Origin: an uncultured Burkholderiaceae bacterium | GTDB lineage: Bacteria > Pseudomonadota > Gammaproteobacteria > Burkholderiales > Burkholderiaceae | Assembly (NCBI GenBank): GCA_937862905.1 | Contig: CALMCL010000114.1 | Coordinates: 5,821 to 69,820, forward strand | Direction of reading: 5' to 3' | DNA: 64,000 nt | Shown: positions 27,381 through 38,116 of the stretch, piece by piece | How positions within the stretch are numbered: position 1 is the first letter of the stretch | How the letters are laid out: every line of letters starts with the position of its first letter | The notes under the pieces: model-generated | Database searches by the model: none | Seen by the model: only the letters and a program-made list of their open reading frames with translations | What the model was told of the DNA's origin: nothing | Made by a program: the position numbers and the translations under genes

Positions 27381-29195
27381 ATGTTTAAATCGTTGTTGAA
27401 GTTTTTGAGCGCAGAAGACAGCAAGAATTTTGCGCGCCTCTTGAGTTACGCCACACAGCACAAAATGCGTTTGGTGTATGCCATGCTGGCGACGGTCGGG
27501 GTTGCGGGCAGCGAGGCCTTGCTGTCGATGTTCATGCAGCCTTTGATTGATGTGGGTTTCAGCAACAGTGCGAAAATCAGCACCAGTGCAGCGGGTGCGT
27601 TCACCCATTTGTCTCAGTCGGTTTGGCTGTCGCCGAATAAGGTTTGGCTCGTGCCCGCTTTGTTGGTGTTGATGTTTGTGGTGCGCGGCGTGTGCCGCTT
27701 CATCAGCGGTTATCAGTTGTCATGGGTGGCGGCGCAGGTGCTGTCTGAGCTGCGTTCAAAGATGTTTGGCAAAATGCTGTTGCTGCCTTCGCGTTACCAG
27801 CAGCAGCATCCGGGTGCGCACGTCATCAGCAAGTTTTTACTGGACGCCAACAATGCCATGAGTTTAGCGAGTGAAGTGTTCATCGTGTTGACACGAGACA
27901 GTTTGACCGTGCTTGCCTTGGTGGGGATTTTATTGTATTTGAACTGGCAACTGGCGTTGGTGGTGCTGCTGACATTCCCGATGTTGGCCTTGTTGACCCA
28001 GTATTACCGTAAAAAACTGCGGGTGCTGAATGTCCATGCCCGTGATTTGAACCAAGATTTGGCGCATGTGCTGCAAGAAACCTACGATGGCCATAAAGTG
28101 GTGAAGTTGTTTGGTGGGCAAACCCATGCAAAAACACAGTTTGATGGCGTCAATGCGAAAATTTTGTACTATGCCAAACGCTTGGCACGCGCCTCATCGG
28201 CCAAGTCACCAATCAGTGAGTTGATTGCGTCGTTGGCATTGGCGGTGGTGATTTTTGTCGCCTTGTGGCAAAGCCAACAAGGCACGACCACTGTGGGTGG
28301 CTTTATCGCGTTCATCATTGCCATGCTGCAAATGATGAGTCCGCTCAAAAGTTTGTCTAATGTCAGCGTGCCGATGCAGAAGATGTTGGTCTCTGCGGAC
28401 AGTGTGTTTGGCCTGATTGACGAGCCGTCAGAGAGCAACACGGGCACACAGCAGATTGCACGTGCGCGGGGTGATTTGAAATTTGAGCACATTGATTTAT
28501 TGTACAAAGACCAGAAACAAAAAGCCTTGGATGATTTTAATTTGCACATCAATGCAGGTGAAAAACTGGCTTTGGTGGGGCGTTCGGGCAGCGGTAAAAC
28601 CTCGTTGATTAACATGTTGCCACGTTTCATCGACGCATCGGCTGGGCGCATTTGTTTGGATGGTTTGCCTTTGGAATCGCTTGAGCTGAATAATTTGCGT
28701 CAACAGATTGCTTTGGTGTCGCAGGACGTGATTTTATTCAATGACACTTTGTACAATAACATCGCTTATGGCGCGCCGACTGCGAGTGACATGCAGATTG
28801 AAAATGCCTTGCGTGCTGCCAATTTGTGGGAGTTTATTGAGCAACAGCCTGAGGGCTGGCACATGAACATTGGCAACAATGGCAATAAATTGTCGGGTGG
28901 TCAGCGTCAGCGGGTATCGATCGCCCGTGCAATATTGAAAGACGCACCCATTTTGATTTTGGATGAGGCCACCAGTGCACTCGACAATGAGTCTGAGCGT
29001 TTGGTGCAGCAGGCCTTGGATCGCCTCATGCGAAACCGCACCAGCATCATGATTGCCCACCGTTTATCGACGGTCGAAAAAGCCGATCGCATTGTTGTGA
29101 TGGAACACGGGCGCATCGTTGAGGTGGGCACTCACACTGAACTGCTGGCACAACAAGGGGCATATGCACAGTTGAGCACACAGCCGAACATGTGA
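27381..29195 (+). CDS. msbA: Lipid A flippase MsbA-type ABC transporter
   Basis: TM domain plus GRSGSGKT, LSGGQRQR, LILDEATSALD; follows dnaE. Confidence 0.88.
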   Translation: MFKSLLKFLSAEDSKNFARLLSYATQHKMRLVYAMLATVGVAGSEALLSMFMQPLIDVGFSNSAKISTSAAGAFTHLSQSVWLSPNKVWLVPALLVLMFVVRGVCRFISGYQLSWVAAQVLSELRSKMFGKMLLLPSRYQQQHPGAHVISKFLLDANNAMSLASEVFIVLTRDSLTVLALVGILLYLNWQLALVVLLTFPMLALLTQYYRKKLRVLNVHARDLNQDLAHVLQETYDGHKVVKLFGGQTHAKTQFDGVNAKILYYAKRLARASSAKSPISELIASLALAVVIFVALWQSQQGTTTVGGFIAFIIAMLQMMSPLKSLSNVSVPMQKMLVSADSVFGLIDEPSESNTGTQQIARARGDLKFEHIDLLYKDQKQKALDDFNLHINAGEKLALVGRSGSGKTSLINMLPRFIDASAGRICLDGLPLESLELNNLRQQIALVSQDVILFNDTLYNNIAYGAPTASDMQIENALRAANLWEFIEQQPEGWHMNIGNNGNKLSGGQRQRVSIARAILKDAPILILDEATSALDNESERLVQQALDRLMRNRTSIMIAHRLSTVEKADRIVVMEHGRIVEVGTHTELLAQQGAYAQLSTQPNM

Positions 29196-29285
29196 TGTGT
29201 GCATGACCTGTGTCAAGCGCTGCCATGCGTTGGGTACAAAAAGAGCACAAAAAATACAAATAAATACAATAAAAAAGAGAGAAAC

Positions 29286-30530
29286 ATGCAAACATGGGCA
29301 CATATGAACCGTTACGATCGCATCATTGCCTTTGTGTTTTTTAGCATTCCGCTGATTCCAGCGGGGGGTGAGGCTGCTTTGGCTGTTTTGGGGCTGTGTG
29401 GTGCATTTGTGTTTTTAAAAAGCCCAAGTGCATTTAAAAAAGAATTGGCTTGGACTCGCCGCGATAAGTTGATTTTTTTGGCGCTGTCCTCGGTGTTTAT
29501 CCTCAAGTTGTTGTCGATCATGTGGGCAGACAATCCGACAAGGGCCATTAAAAATGTACTGAACAATGTGCATTTTTTAGGTTGGCCTCTGTTGCTTTGG
29601 GTATTCATGCGTGCATCCCAACCTTTGCAATCATTGACGCGCGGGGTGGCGTGTGGCGCGCTGATTGCGGCTGTGTGGGGCTGTATGTGGGTGTTGCTTC
29701 GGATTGTGCATGGCGACTTGATGACCACAGTCGAGCCTTTTGAAGCGGGCAGTCAAAATGCGGGTGTGTTTGCCCACATTGTGTGCGTATACGGCTTGTG
29801 GTTGCTGTATGCGTGGTTGAATTTCAAGGTTGATGTTCAAACAAAACGTGTATTGGGCATGGCTTTTTTTGCCGCTTTGATTGCACTGCTGTGTTCTTCT
29901 CGTCGCATTCAGTTGGTCATCATGATGGGATTGGCCGGCTTGGTCGTTTTGATGCACATGCAGAGAAATTTAAATCTCCGTGCGTTTATCTCGATTGCTG
30001 GGCTGAGTGCTGTGGTGCTGGCTTTGGTGGCGGTGTGGATGGCGCCCAAATATGAACAGGCTTATGTTGAGGCCACCACTTTTTTAAATGACCCCAGCCC
30101 ACATGCTGAAGCGATTCAATCTTCCATTGGCAATCGCTTGGAGTATTATCACATCGCCACGTCGGCGATTGAGGCGCAGCCCATTTTGGGTTACGGGGCG
30201 GGAACCAAACCACAACAGCTTGAGCGTTTTTCGCATGATCCTGCGTCGTTATCGCATTTTAATCATTTCCATAATCAATATTTTCAAACAGTGGTCGAAG
30301 TGGGTGTGTTTGGGAGCATCTTGGCTGTTTGGGCGTTGCTTTTTTTGTGGCGGGAGCAGGTGTGGCGCGTGTATGCCCAATGCCCCCATGTGGCTGTGTT
30401 CTTTGCCCTGATTTTTTCTGTGTACATGTTGACGGGGTTGTTTAGCATTGCCCTTTCACAAGGGTTGTTGAATTCATTTTTTATTCTTTCTAATGCGGTA
30501 TTGTGGGCGGAGGCTCGTAAAACTTTGTAA
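29286..30530 (+). CDS. O-antigen ligase family (Wzy_C) membrane protein
   Basis: About 12 TM segments; SIGNRLEYY...I...PILGYG.G and HFHNQYFQ periplasmic motifs. Confidence 0.8.
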   Translation: MQTWAHMNRYDRIIAFVFFSIPLIPAGGEAALAVLGLCGAFVFLKSPSAFKKELAWTRRDKLIFLALSSVFILKLLSIMWADNPTRAIKNVLNNVHFLGWPLLLWVFMRASQPLQSLTRGVACGALIAAVWGCMWVLLRIVHGDLMTTVEPFEAGSQNAGVFAHIVCVYGLWLLYAWLNFKVDVQTKRVLGMAFFAALIALLCSSRRIQLVIMMGLAGLVVLMHMQRNLNLRAFISIAGLSAVVLALVAVWMAPKYEQAYVEATTFLNDPSPHAEAIQSSIGNRLEYYHIATSAIEAQPILGYGAGTKPQQLERFSHDPASLSHFNHFHNQYFQTVVEVGVFGSILAVWALLFLWREQVWRVYAQCPHVAVFFALIFSVYMLTGLFSIALSQGLLNSFFILSNAVLWAEARKTL

Positions 30531-30542
30531 AGGCATATTCAT

Positions 30543-31709
30543 ATGGCAGTGAAAAATAAGCACAACATGGTTCAACAGTATGAACAGGTGGCATTGGTGT
30601 TGCAGGGTGGTGGGGCATTGGGGTCTTATCAGGCCGGTGCCATTGAAGGCTTGATGAATGCCGGGGTGGAGCCCGATTGGGTGGCGGGCATTTCGATTGG
30701 TGCGCTCAATACGGCGATCATCGCGGGCAATCCACCCGAACGGCGCATCGAGGCATTGAAGGCGTTTTGGAACACCATTTGCACACCAAACTATACCGCT
30801 TCGTTGATGGCACCCATGGCGGTGTGGGTCAATTCAATCAATGACATGACGCGTGGGGCGTTGAGTGCATTTGAAGCCTCTCGCACCCTGTTTGAAGGTC
30901 AAAAAGGGTTTTTCAGTTCACGTTTTCCTCTGCCCATGTTGGCGAATACGGCTTATAAACCAGACGAAATCAGCTATTACACCACATCGGCGTTGCGCGA
31001 CACCTTGTTGAAGCATGCTGATTTTGATTTGATCAATACTGGCGACATGCGTGTTTCAGTGGGGGCGGTGAATGTGGGCACAGGCAATTTTGTTTATTTT
31101 GACAACCGTGAAATGACCTTGACCCCTGAGCATTTTATGGCCAGTGGTGCTTTGCCACCAGGATTTCCAGCCGTTGAAATTGAAGGCGAATACTATTGGG
31201 ATGGCGGTTTGGTGTCAAATACACCTTTATCCCGCATCACCGATGACTTGGGACATAAAGACACGCTGGTGTTTCAAGTGGATTTGTGGCGCTCACATGG
31301 GGCGTTGCCACAAAGCTTTTTAGACATCAGCGAGCGCACCAAAGACATCCAGTATTCGAGTCGCACACGGTTGGTCACGGATGTGTTGCGCACCCGTCAA
31401 TACACCCGCCGTTTGATCGACGGGTTATTGAAAAAAGTGCCAGCAGGCGAACGCGATGTGTTGTGTGAAGAAGCGCAGCGCATGCTGGCGAATGATGGGC
31501 GCATCAACATCATTCACTTAATTTATCAAGACAAATCGTTTGAAGGCAGCTATAAAGATTTTGAATTCAGCCATGCGACCATGCATGAACATTGGCGCAG
31601 TGGCTTGGCCGACATCAAGAAAACATTTGCTCGACCCGAGTTTTTTGTGTTGCCTGACGAAAACATGGGGTTTGTGACCCACGATGTGCATCGCGTCCCA
31701 AGCACATGA
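30543..31709 (+). CDS. Patatin-like phospholipase with DUF3734 C-terminus
   Basis: LQGGGALGSYQAG, GISIG nucleophile elbow, YWDGG, SYKDFEFS..TM.EHW.SG. Confidence 0.88.
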   Translation: MAVKNKHNMVQQYEQVALVLQGGGALGSYQAGAIEGLMNAGVEPDWVAGISIGALNTAIIAGNPPERRIEALKAFWNTICTPNYTASLMAPMAVWVNSINDMTRGALSAFEASRTLFEGQKGFFSSRFPLPMLANTAYKPDEISYYTTSALRDTLLKHADFDLINTGDMRVSVGAVNVGTGNFVYFDNREMTLTPEHFMASGALPPGFPAVEIEGEYYWDGGLVSNTPLSRITDDLGHKDTLVFQVDLWRSHGALPQSFLDISERTKDIQYSSRTRLVTDVLRTRQYTRRLIDGLLKKVPAGERDVLCEEAQRMLANDGRINIIHLIYQDKSFEGSYKDFEFSHATMHEHWRSGLADIKKTFARPEFFVLPDENMGFVTHDVHRVPST

Positions 31710-31730
31710 GGTGCAGGCCGTTGGCAAATG

Positions 31731-31758
31731 AAAAACCCCATCAACAAAGGATGGGGTT
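31731..31758 (-). terminator. Intrinsic terminator of the DUF3563 gene
   Basis: AACCCCATC-7 nt-GATGGGGTT stem with a U-tract on the minus strand. Confidence 0.6.
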
Positions 31759-31821
31759 GCGGCGCGCAATGTGATCAACTCAGTGGTTGAAATTAAATGT
31801 CATGGTGGCTGGGTGAAGCAA

Positions 31822-32043
31822 TCATTGACCAGCCATCCATCGTGGGTTGTGTGAAAACAGTTTGTTCACGTTTCGCATGCGGTGTTCCAAGTCATACAGG
31901 TCAACCGCAGCATTTAAATAATCCTGTTGTTGGCGGTCGATGATTTCATCGTTGCTCATCCAAAACAGGTTCCAGTTTTGTCTCAACGCTGTCAATATGT
32001 GTTTGACAGTCAATGTTGCGTGATTCAAAGTAAATGTATTCAT
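31822..32043 (-). CDS. DUF3563-family small protein
   Basis: DYLNAAVDLYDLEHRMR motif; RBS AAGGA upstream. Confidence 0.75.
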   Translation of the reverse strand: MNTFTLNHATLTVKHILTALRQNWNLFWMSNDEIIDRQQQDYLNAAVDLYDLEHRMRNVNKLFSHNPRWMAGQ

Positions 32044-32177
32044 GGTGAATTCCTTTATTTTTGATCATATTGCTGCGTTGCAATATGATTATACTTTAAA
32101 GTCACCTTTGATGCAGTTATTGCATTGTTTTTGGCTTGATTTATAAGGAAATTGTTGTTTTGTTGCATTGCGGTATT

Positions 32178-33341
32178 TTATTTTTGGCTGGGCGGCTGGT
32201 GGTTCTTCATGCGCAACAACATGACGATGGCCATGAGACCCAATCCAGCCATGAGCATGCCCACCAGTTGGGGTGAGGCATAGCTGTAACCCATCACCAA
32301 AGGCAGCCCGCCCAGAAATGCACCGAGTGCATTGCCAATGTTGAAGCACGCTTGCAAAGCTGCGGAAGCCAGCGTTTCAGCGCCTTTCGCTGTTTGAATC
32401 ATGAGCATTTGAATCGGCGCTGACAGCATCATCACCAGTGCCCCCGTGATCAATGTGGACATCAGCATGGCGGCGCGGTATTCTGCCAAAAAGTACACGG
32501 CCAGCAACGAAATCATCATGCCTGCAAGGAATAGGGCGCATAACTTGACATGGGAATAACGATCCTCCAGCTTGCCGCCAATGAGGTTCCCGATGCACAT
32601 GCCTGCACCCGCCAAAGCCATGATGTAAGGTACATGTGCGGGCGAAAATCCCGACTCTTCTGTTAACAGGGGGGCAATGTAGCTGTACCAGCAAAAAAAG
32701 CCACCGGTGCCAATGGCGGTTGCCCACATGATGAGCCATGCTTCTTTGCGAAAGAAAAAACCAAGTTGCGTGCGCAGGTTGTGTGGATTGTCTTTGGGTA
32801 AAAATGGCATCCACAAGCGCAAACTCAACCACGTCAATGCACCTGTTGCCGCGACCAAAATAAACGCATAGCGCCATGACACGTTGTGCCCTAAGAATGT
32901 ACCCAAAGGCACACCCAACAAATTGGCCAAAGTCAAACCAAGGTACATCATGCTCATGGCTTGTGCTTCTTTGCCTTTCTCGGCTAAACGTTGGGCCACC
33001 ACAGCGCCAACACCAAAGAATGCCCCGTGCGGCAATCCAGACAAAAAACGGAACACAAACAAACTGTGGTAGTCGGGTGCGACAATGCACAAGCCATTGA
33101 ACAGTGTAAACATCGGCATCAAAGCCATTAAAATGGTTTTTGGTGTGAAACGATGGGCTGTCATCACCAGCAAAGGTGCCCCAACAACCACACCCAAAGC
33201 GTATGCAGAAATCAAATGGCCCGCTTGCGGGATGGAGATGCCTAAGCTGTGGGCGATGTCAGGCAGAATCCCCATCATGACAAACTCAGTGGTGCCAATG
33301 CCGAAGCCGCCCAGCATGAGGGCGAAAAGACTTTTTTTCAT
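32178..33341 (-). CDS. MFS efflux transporter (DHA1, AraJ/YdhP-like)
   Basis: GGFGIGTTEFVMMGILPDIA, ISAYALGVVVGAP, GLPHGAFFG, FNIGNALGAFLGG; 12 TM. Confidence 0.9.
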   Translation of the reverse strand: MKKSLFALMLGGFGIGTTEFVMMGILPDIAHSLGISIPQAGHLISAYALGVVVGAPLLVMTAHRFTPKTILMALMPMFTLFNGLCIVAPDYHSLFVFRFLSGLPHGAFFGVGAVVAQRLAEKGKEAQAMSMMYLGLTLANLLGVPLGTFLGHNVSWRYAFILVAATGALTWLSLRLWMPFLPKDNPHNLRTQLGFFFRKEAWLIMWATAIGTGGFFCWYSYIAPLLTEESGFSPAHVPYIMALAGAGMCIGNLIGGKLEDRYSHVKLCALFLAGMMISLLAVYFLAEYRAAMLMSTLITGALVMMLSAPIQMLMIQTAKGAETLASAALQACFNIGNALGAFLGGLPLVMGYSYASPQLVGMLMAGLGLMAIVMLLRMKNHQPPSQK

Positions 33342-33480
33342 GGTGATGCTTCAATGGGTCATTTGGGTTTTGAATGGCATGGGTCAACAGGGACGAGGAT
33401 GTAAACAGTACGCTTAACTTAGAGTCCGCTACCTCAGCTCAAGAAAGGCTGGTGTGGCAGCAGCAAAATGCGCCGCCCAT

Positions 33481-33514
33481 AAAAAAGTACCGCCCATCAA
33501 GAGCGGTACTTTTT
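33481..33514 (-). terminator. Intrinsic terminator downstream of ftsH
   Basis: AAAAAGTACCGC-9 nt-GCGGTACTTTTT. Confidence 0.8.
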
Positions 33515-33560
33515 CCGATGTGTGCCTCATTTTAAACTGAAAATGGGCACGCCGCACGGG

Positions 33561-35519
33561 TTAAAACAGTGGTGGCTTTTCTTGCGGCGTTGATTCACGT
33601 GCGGGTGCAACGTTTGGCGCAGACACTTCTTTGACGGGTTCAACGAAAGCGGGCGTCGGCACAACGTTTGGCGTTGGTGCGTCAGCGGGCGGTTCGGCCG
33701 CTTCAGGTGTTTCAGTCAAATGCTTTGGTGGGCGAGGCGCCAAGTCTGACATGATGTCTTTTACTTGATCCGCATCAATGGTTTCCCATTCCATCAAAGC
33801 CGCAGTCATCGCTTCGACTTTGCTTGAATGGGCACGCAGCATCGACAATGCCAATGCATACTGCTCATCCAAAATGCGACGAATCTCTGCGTCAACACGT
33901 TGTTGCGTGGCTTCTGAAACGACCCGGTTGAAGCTCATATTGCCTGAGCTGTCATTTTCAACGTACACCATGGGGCCGAGTGCATCAGTCATGCCAAATT
34001 TAGCCACCATGTCGCGTGCCAATGCCGTCGCCCGTTCAAAGTCATTTGATGCGCCTGTGCTGCGGGCGTGCAAAAAGACCTCTTCAGCGGCGCGACCACC
34101 AAACAAAATCGTGATTTCATCCAAAATGTTGTTGGCATATTTGGAGTATTTGTCGTGTTCAGGCAACTGCCACGTCACGCCCAAAGCCCAGCCGCGCGGC
34201 ATGATGGTGACTTTATGCACAGGATCGGCATTGGGCAACAGGCCTGCCACCACCGCATGACCAGACTCATGGTAGGCTGTGGCGCGGCGCTCTTCTTCAC
34301 GCATCACAGTAGAGCGACGTTCGGGGCCCATGTAGAGTTTGTCTTTTGCATCTTCAAAATCCTTCATGTCCACCAAACGTTTGTTGCGACGTGCGGCGAA
34401 TAATGCGGATTCATTGACCAAATTCGCCAAATCGGCACCCGAAAATCCAGGTGTGCCACGTGCCAAAACAGCGGCATCAACGTCTTTGGCCACAGGCACT
34501 TTGCGCATGTGCACTTGTAAAATTTGTTCACGACCACGAATGTCTGGCAGGCCAACATACACTTGACGGTCAAAACGACCTGGGCGCAACAAAGCTTTAT
34601 CGAGTACATCGGCTCGATTGGTGGCCGCAATCACAATCACGCCTGAGTTGCCTTCAAAACCATCCATTTCAACCAGTAATTGGTTTAATGTTTGTTCTCG
34701 TTCATCGTTGCCGCCGCCCGTGCCTGAGCCGCGATGGCGACCAACGGCATCGATTTCATCGACAAAGATGATGCATGGTGCTTGTTTTTTTGCTTGTTCA
34801 AACATGTCACGCACGCGAGAGGCACCCACGCCGACAAACATTTCCACGAAATCAGAGCCTGAAACACTGAAAAATGGCACACGCGCTTCGCCTGCAATCG
34901 CTTTTGCGAGCAGTGTTTTACCCGTACCCGGAGGGCCAACAAGCAACACACCGTGTGGAATTGAACCACCCAGTTTTTGAAATTTTTGTGGATCTTTGAG
35001 GAAGTCGACCACTTCTTTGACTTCTTCTTTCGCCTCATCACAACCGGCAACATCCATGAAGGTCACACTTTTTGCAGAGTCATCTTGCAAGCGTGCGCGT
35101 GATTTACCGACCGACATCACGCCATTTTTGCCGCCTTGCATTTGACGCATCATGAAGAACAGCACGCCGCCAATGAGCAGTAAAGGCAAAATCGACAGGA
35201 ACAGTTGCGACATGAAGCTTTGACCCTCTTCAGCTTTGGCGATCACTTTCACGTTCGCGGCCATCAGGTTTTTCACCATATCGGAGTCACGTGGTGCGGT
35301 CAGGGTGTAGTTTGCACCTTCGACGGGTGACACGGTCAGATCTGCACCACGAATTTCGACTTGCTTGATTTTGCCCGCTTGCGCTGAGGTCATGAATTCA
35401 CTGTAGCTGACTTCAGGCACTTTGGTGTGACGGGTCGTGTCAACGCCTTGGTAAATGCTGTAGACCAGCATCAGCCCCAAAACCCAAAACATCATGCGGG
35501 TCAGGTTGTTATTTTTCAA
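33561..35519 (-). CDS. ftsH: ATP-dependent zinc metalloprotease FtsH
   Basis: [19 protein letters not shown] motif [22 protein letters not shown]. Likely TTG start 35519 with RBS AAGGAG. Confidence 0.97.
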   Translation of the reverse strand: MKNNNLTRMMFWVLGLMLVYSIYQGVDTTRHTKVPEVSYSEFMTSAQAGKIKQVEIRGADLTVSPVEGANYTLTAPRDSDMVKNLMAANVKVIAKAEEGQSFMSQLFLSILPLLLIGGVLFFMMRQMQGGKNGVMSVGKSRARLQDDSAKSVTFMDVAGCDEAKEEVKEVVDFLKDPQKFQKLGGSIPHGVLLVGPPGTGKTLLAKAIAGEARVPFFSVSGSDFVEMFVGVGASRVRDMFEQAKKQAPCIIFVDEIDAVGRHRGSGTGGGNDEREQTLNQLLVEMDGFEGNSGVIVIAATNRADVLDKALLRPGRFDRQVYVGLPDIRGREQILQVHMRKVPVAKDVDAAVLARGTPGFSGADLANLVNESALFAARRNKRLVDMKDFEDAKDKLYMGPERRSTVMREEERRATAYHESGHAVVAGLLPNADPVHKVTIMPRGWALGVTWQLPEHDKYSKYANNILDEITILFGGRAAEEVFLHARSTGASNDFERATALARDMVAKFGMTDALGPMVYVENDSSGNMSFNRVVSEATQQRVDAEIRRILDEQYALALSMLRAHSSKVEAMTAALMEWETIDADQVKDIMSDLAPRPPKHLTETPEAAEPPADAPTPNVVPTPAFVEPVKEVSAPNVAPARESTPQEKPPLF

Positions 35520-35661
35520 TTGACACTCCTTAGATATCATTCAAACACGCCGTGCAACGTGTTTGACTTAAAAGAAACGGGATAAACGTTAATGTTTTAT
35601 TGTAAAACAAACGGTAAGGCTCTGTTTATTTGCACTTACCTTTTACTGGGCAAAGGCCATT

Positions 35662-36291
35662 TTATTTCAAACCACGACCCAAAATAAAAATTTCGGATGA
35701 TTTGTCGCGTGACGCCTTGGGTTTACGTGTGCGCACTTCTTTAAATGTTGAGCGAAACTGTTTCATCATTTCATCAAAACCCGCACCGTGAAAGCATTTT
35801 ACCAACAACGCACCATTTTTTTGCAAATGCGACTGTGCGAATTCCAAAGCCAATTCACACACATGGATGATGCGTGCCGCATCCACCGAGGCGATACCAC
35901 TTAAGTTGGGGGCCATATCGGATAAAACAAGGTCTACGGGTGAAGCGCCGAGTGTTTGTGCCAAGCGATCAAGCACGTCGTCTTCGCGAAAGTCGCCTTG
36001 AATGAATTCAACACCTGCGATTGGATCCATTTCGAGTAAATCCAATGCGATGATGCGTCCATTCAGATCGCCGCTTTTGGTGATTTTTTCGCGCACCACT
36101 TGAGACCAGCTGCCCGGCGTCGAGCCCAAATCCACCACGACCATGCCAGGGCGAATGAGTTTGTCCTCTTCGTCAATTTCTTTGAGTTTATATGCGGCGC
36201 GTGCGCGATAACCTTCGCGTTGCGCCAGTTTGACGTAAGGGTCGTTGATATGCTGATGCATCCAAGCTTGATTGAATTTATTTTTTTTCAT
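35662..36291 (-). CDS. rlmE: 23S rRNA Um2552 methyltransferase RlmE (FtsJ)
   Basis: [38 protein letters not shown]; upstream of ftsH. Confidence 0.97.
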   Translation of the reverse strand: MKKNKFNQAWMHQHINDPYVKLAQREGYRARAAYKLKEIDEEDKLIRPGMVVVDLGSTPGSWSQVVREKITKSGDLNGRIIALDLLEMDPIAGVEFIQGDFREDDVLDRLAQTLGASPVDLVLSDMAPNLSGIASVDAARIIHVCELALEFAQSHLQKNGALLVKCFHGAGFDEMMKQFRSTFKEVRTRKPKASRDKSSEIFILGRGLK

Positions 36292-36436
36292 GAATACCGT
36301 CAGTGGCGATTCCCTAAAACACCAGCAAAAACAATGACTTTAAGGGATAATGCCACAATTGCCTAAAAAACTAGGCGTTAATGTAAATTTATCAGAATCA
36401 TTCATCTCAATTTAAGTACAAAAAGACGAAATAACC

Positions 36437-36937
36437 ATGCCTATTTTACCCCTATCTTCCGCTCAACGCTCAGCTTTACGCGCTCAAGCACATGATTTGG
36501 CACCTGTTGTCATGATTGGCGACGCGGGTTTGACCGAAGGCGTGATGAAAGAAGCCGAGCACGCATTGTCAGCACACCAGTTGATTAAGATCCGTGTGTT
36601 TGCCGATGAAAAAGAAGTGCGCGCTGATTATATGAACCAATTGTGTGAACAGTTGGGCGCATCGCCAGTGCAAATGATTGGCAAATTGTTGGTCATCTAT
36701 CGTCCAGAATCTGCGGCACCGAAGAAAAAAACTTTTGCACAGTCGATGCAACAAGACCAAGATGGTTTCAAAGGTCAAGCGCCACGTCGCGTCACTGTGA
36801 TGAAAGCCCCCGCCAATCCAGCGCATCGCCCACGCGCCAAACAAATGACCATCAAAGGCAATGAACGTGTGACGTCGGGTGGCATTGTTAAACGTGCAAA
36901 GAAGACCACGGTCAGCAGCAAAAAGAAAATGGGTTGA
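36437..36937 (+). CDS. yhbY: YhbY (CRM domain) RNA-binding protein with basic C-terminal tail
   Basis: LRAQAH.L.PVVMIG..GLT, HQLIKIRV, Q.IGKLLVIYR; divergent from rlmE. Confidence 0.92.
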   Translation: MPILPLSSAQRSALRAQAHDLAPVVMIGDAGLTEGVMKEAEHALSAHQLIKIRVFADEKEVRADYMNQLCEQLGASPVQMIGKLLVIYRPESAAPKKKTFAQSMQQDQDGFKGQAPRRVTVMKAPANPAHRPRAKQMTIKGNERVTSGGIVKRAKKTTVSSKKKMG

Positions 36938-36943
36938 GTGCTC

Positions 36944-36990
36944 ATTTGCCATTAAAAAACGCGCCATGGGCGCGTTTTTTAATGGCAAAT
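36944..36990 (+). terminator. Long-stem intrinsic terminator after yhbY
   Basis: 22-bp perfect inverted repeat ATTTGCCATTAAAAAACGCGCC-ATG-GGCGCGTTTTTTAATGGCAAAT. Confidence 0.8.
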
Positions 36991-37250
36991 CCAATAAATC
37001 TAAAAATGGGTGGGTATGGGCTTTTAAGGGCTGTTGTGTTGTTTTAACTTTATTTACATTTTTTAGCGGACATGACTGGGCTGTCAGGTGGTTGCCATTG
37101 TGCTTGCACTGCATTGGGGCGTTCTTTGTGTGCGACATAATGGTACCGCTTTACAGGTCTTCTATAAGACTTTGCGTTATTTTCTTGCTTTATTTGCTTA
37201 TTGACGTTATTGTTATGGCATAAAATTTAAATATATCAAGGAGATACATC

Positions 37251-37922
37251 ATGCGGATTTTGCTGGCTGAAGATGACAGTGTTTTGGCAAATGGTTTGTC
37301 ACGTGCGTTGCGTGAGGTGGGCTATGCGGTGGATGTGGTATTCGATGGGCACCAAGCGGATGCAGCGATGTCGACTCAAGAGTGCGATTTACTGATTTTG
37401 GATTTGGGTTTGCCGAAGTTGTCAGGTTTAGAGGTATTGCGTCGTGCGCGTGCGCGCAACAATCACACCCCGATTTTGATTTTGACTGCTGCGGATTCGG
37501 TGGAACAACGGGTGCAAGGTCTGGATTTTGGTGCCGATGATTACATGGCAAAGCCTTTTTCTCTGTCAGAGCTACAGGCTCGGGTGCGTGCATTGACACG
37601 CCGTCAGGCGGGGTTTGACCAAAGTCGTTTGACTTTGGGGCCGTTGTCGTTTGATCAAGTGTCACGCAGTGCGCATGTGAATGATCAGTTGCTTGATTTA
37701 TCTGCTCGCGAGATTGGTGTGCTGGAGGTGTTGTTTTCACGGGCGGGGCGTTTGGTCAGCAAGGAGCAGATTCTCGATCATTTGTGTGAGTGGGGTGAGG
37801 AGGTGAGCCACAATGCGATTGAGGTGTATGTGCACCGTTTACGTAAAAAATTAGAGCCTTTGGGCATTGTCATTTCAACCATTCGCGGTTTGGGCTATTG
37901 CCTTGAGAAGCCCAAGACGTGA
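37251..37922 (+). CDS. OmpR-family response regulator (TctD/QseB-like)
   Basis: MRILLAEDD, ILDLGLP, GADDY.AKPF, winged helix ending IRGLGY. Confidence 0.93.
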   Translation: MRILLAEDDSVLANGLSRALREVGYAVDVVFDGHQADAAMSTQECDLLILDLGLPKLSGLEVLRRARARNNHTPILILTAADSVEQRVQGLDFGADDYMAKPFSLSELQARVRALTRRQAGFDQSRLTLGPLSFDQVSRSAHVNDQLLDLSAREIGVLEVLFSRAGRLVSKEQILDHLCEWGEEVSHNAIEVYVHRLRKKLEPLGIVISTIRGLGYCLEKPKT

Positions 37923-38116
37923 TCCACGACATCATTAAAACATAACAATATTAAATTAAAGCGTCATAATAAATTTGTCAATTCGGTGTGATGGAAATGA
38001 TTGCGCTTGTTTCGTGACAAGCTTGGTTGCTTTGATGCGCCCGAGGCCATTCCATGAGGCCGTCGATGGGGCACTCATTTTTCTACCTTCAATTGCCGAG
38101 TGAATAGGGTGTATAT

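Noticed and set aside
33439-33480. Mini-ORF MGGAFCCCHTSLS as a Cys-sensing leader peptide
   Set aside because: Its ATG directly abuts the ftsH terminator U-tract, with no RBS and no room for a promoter.
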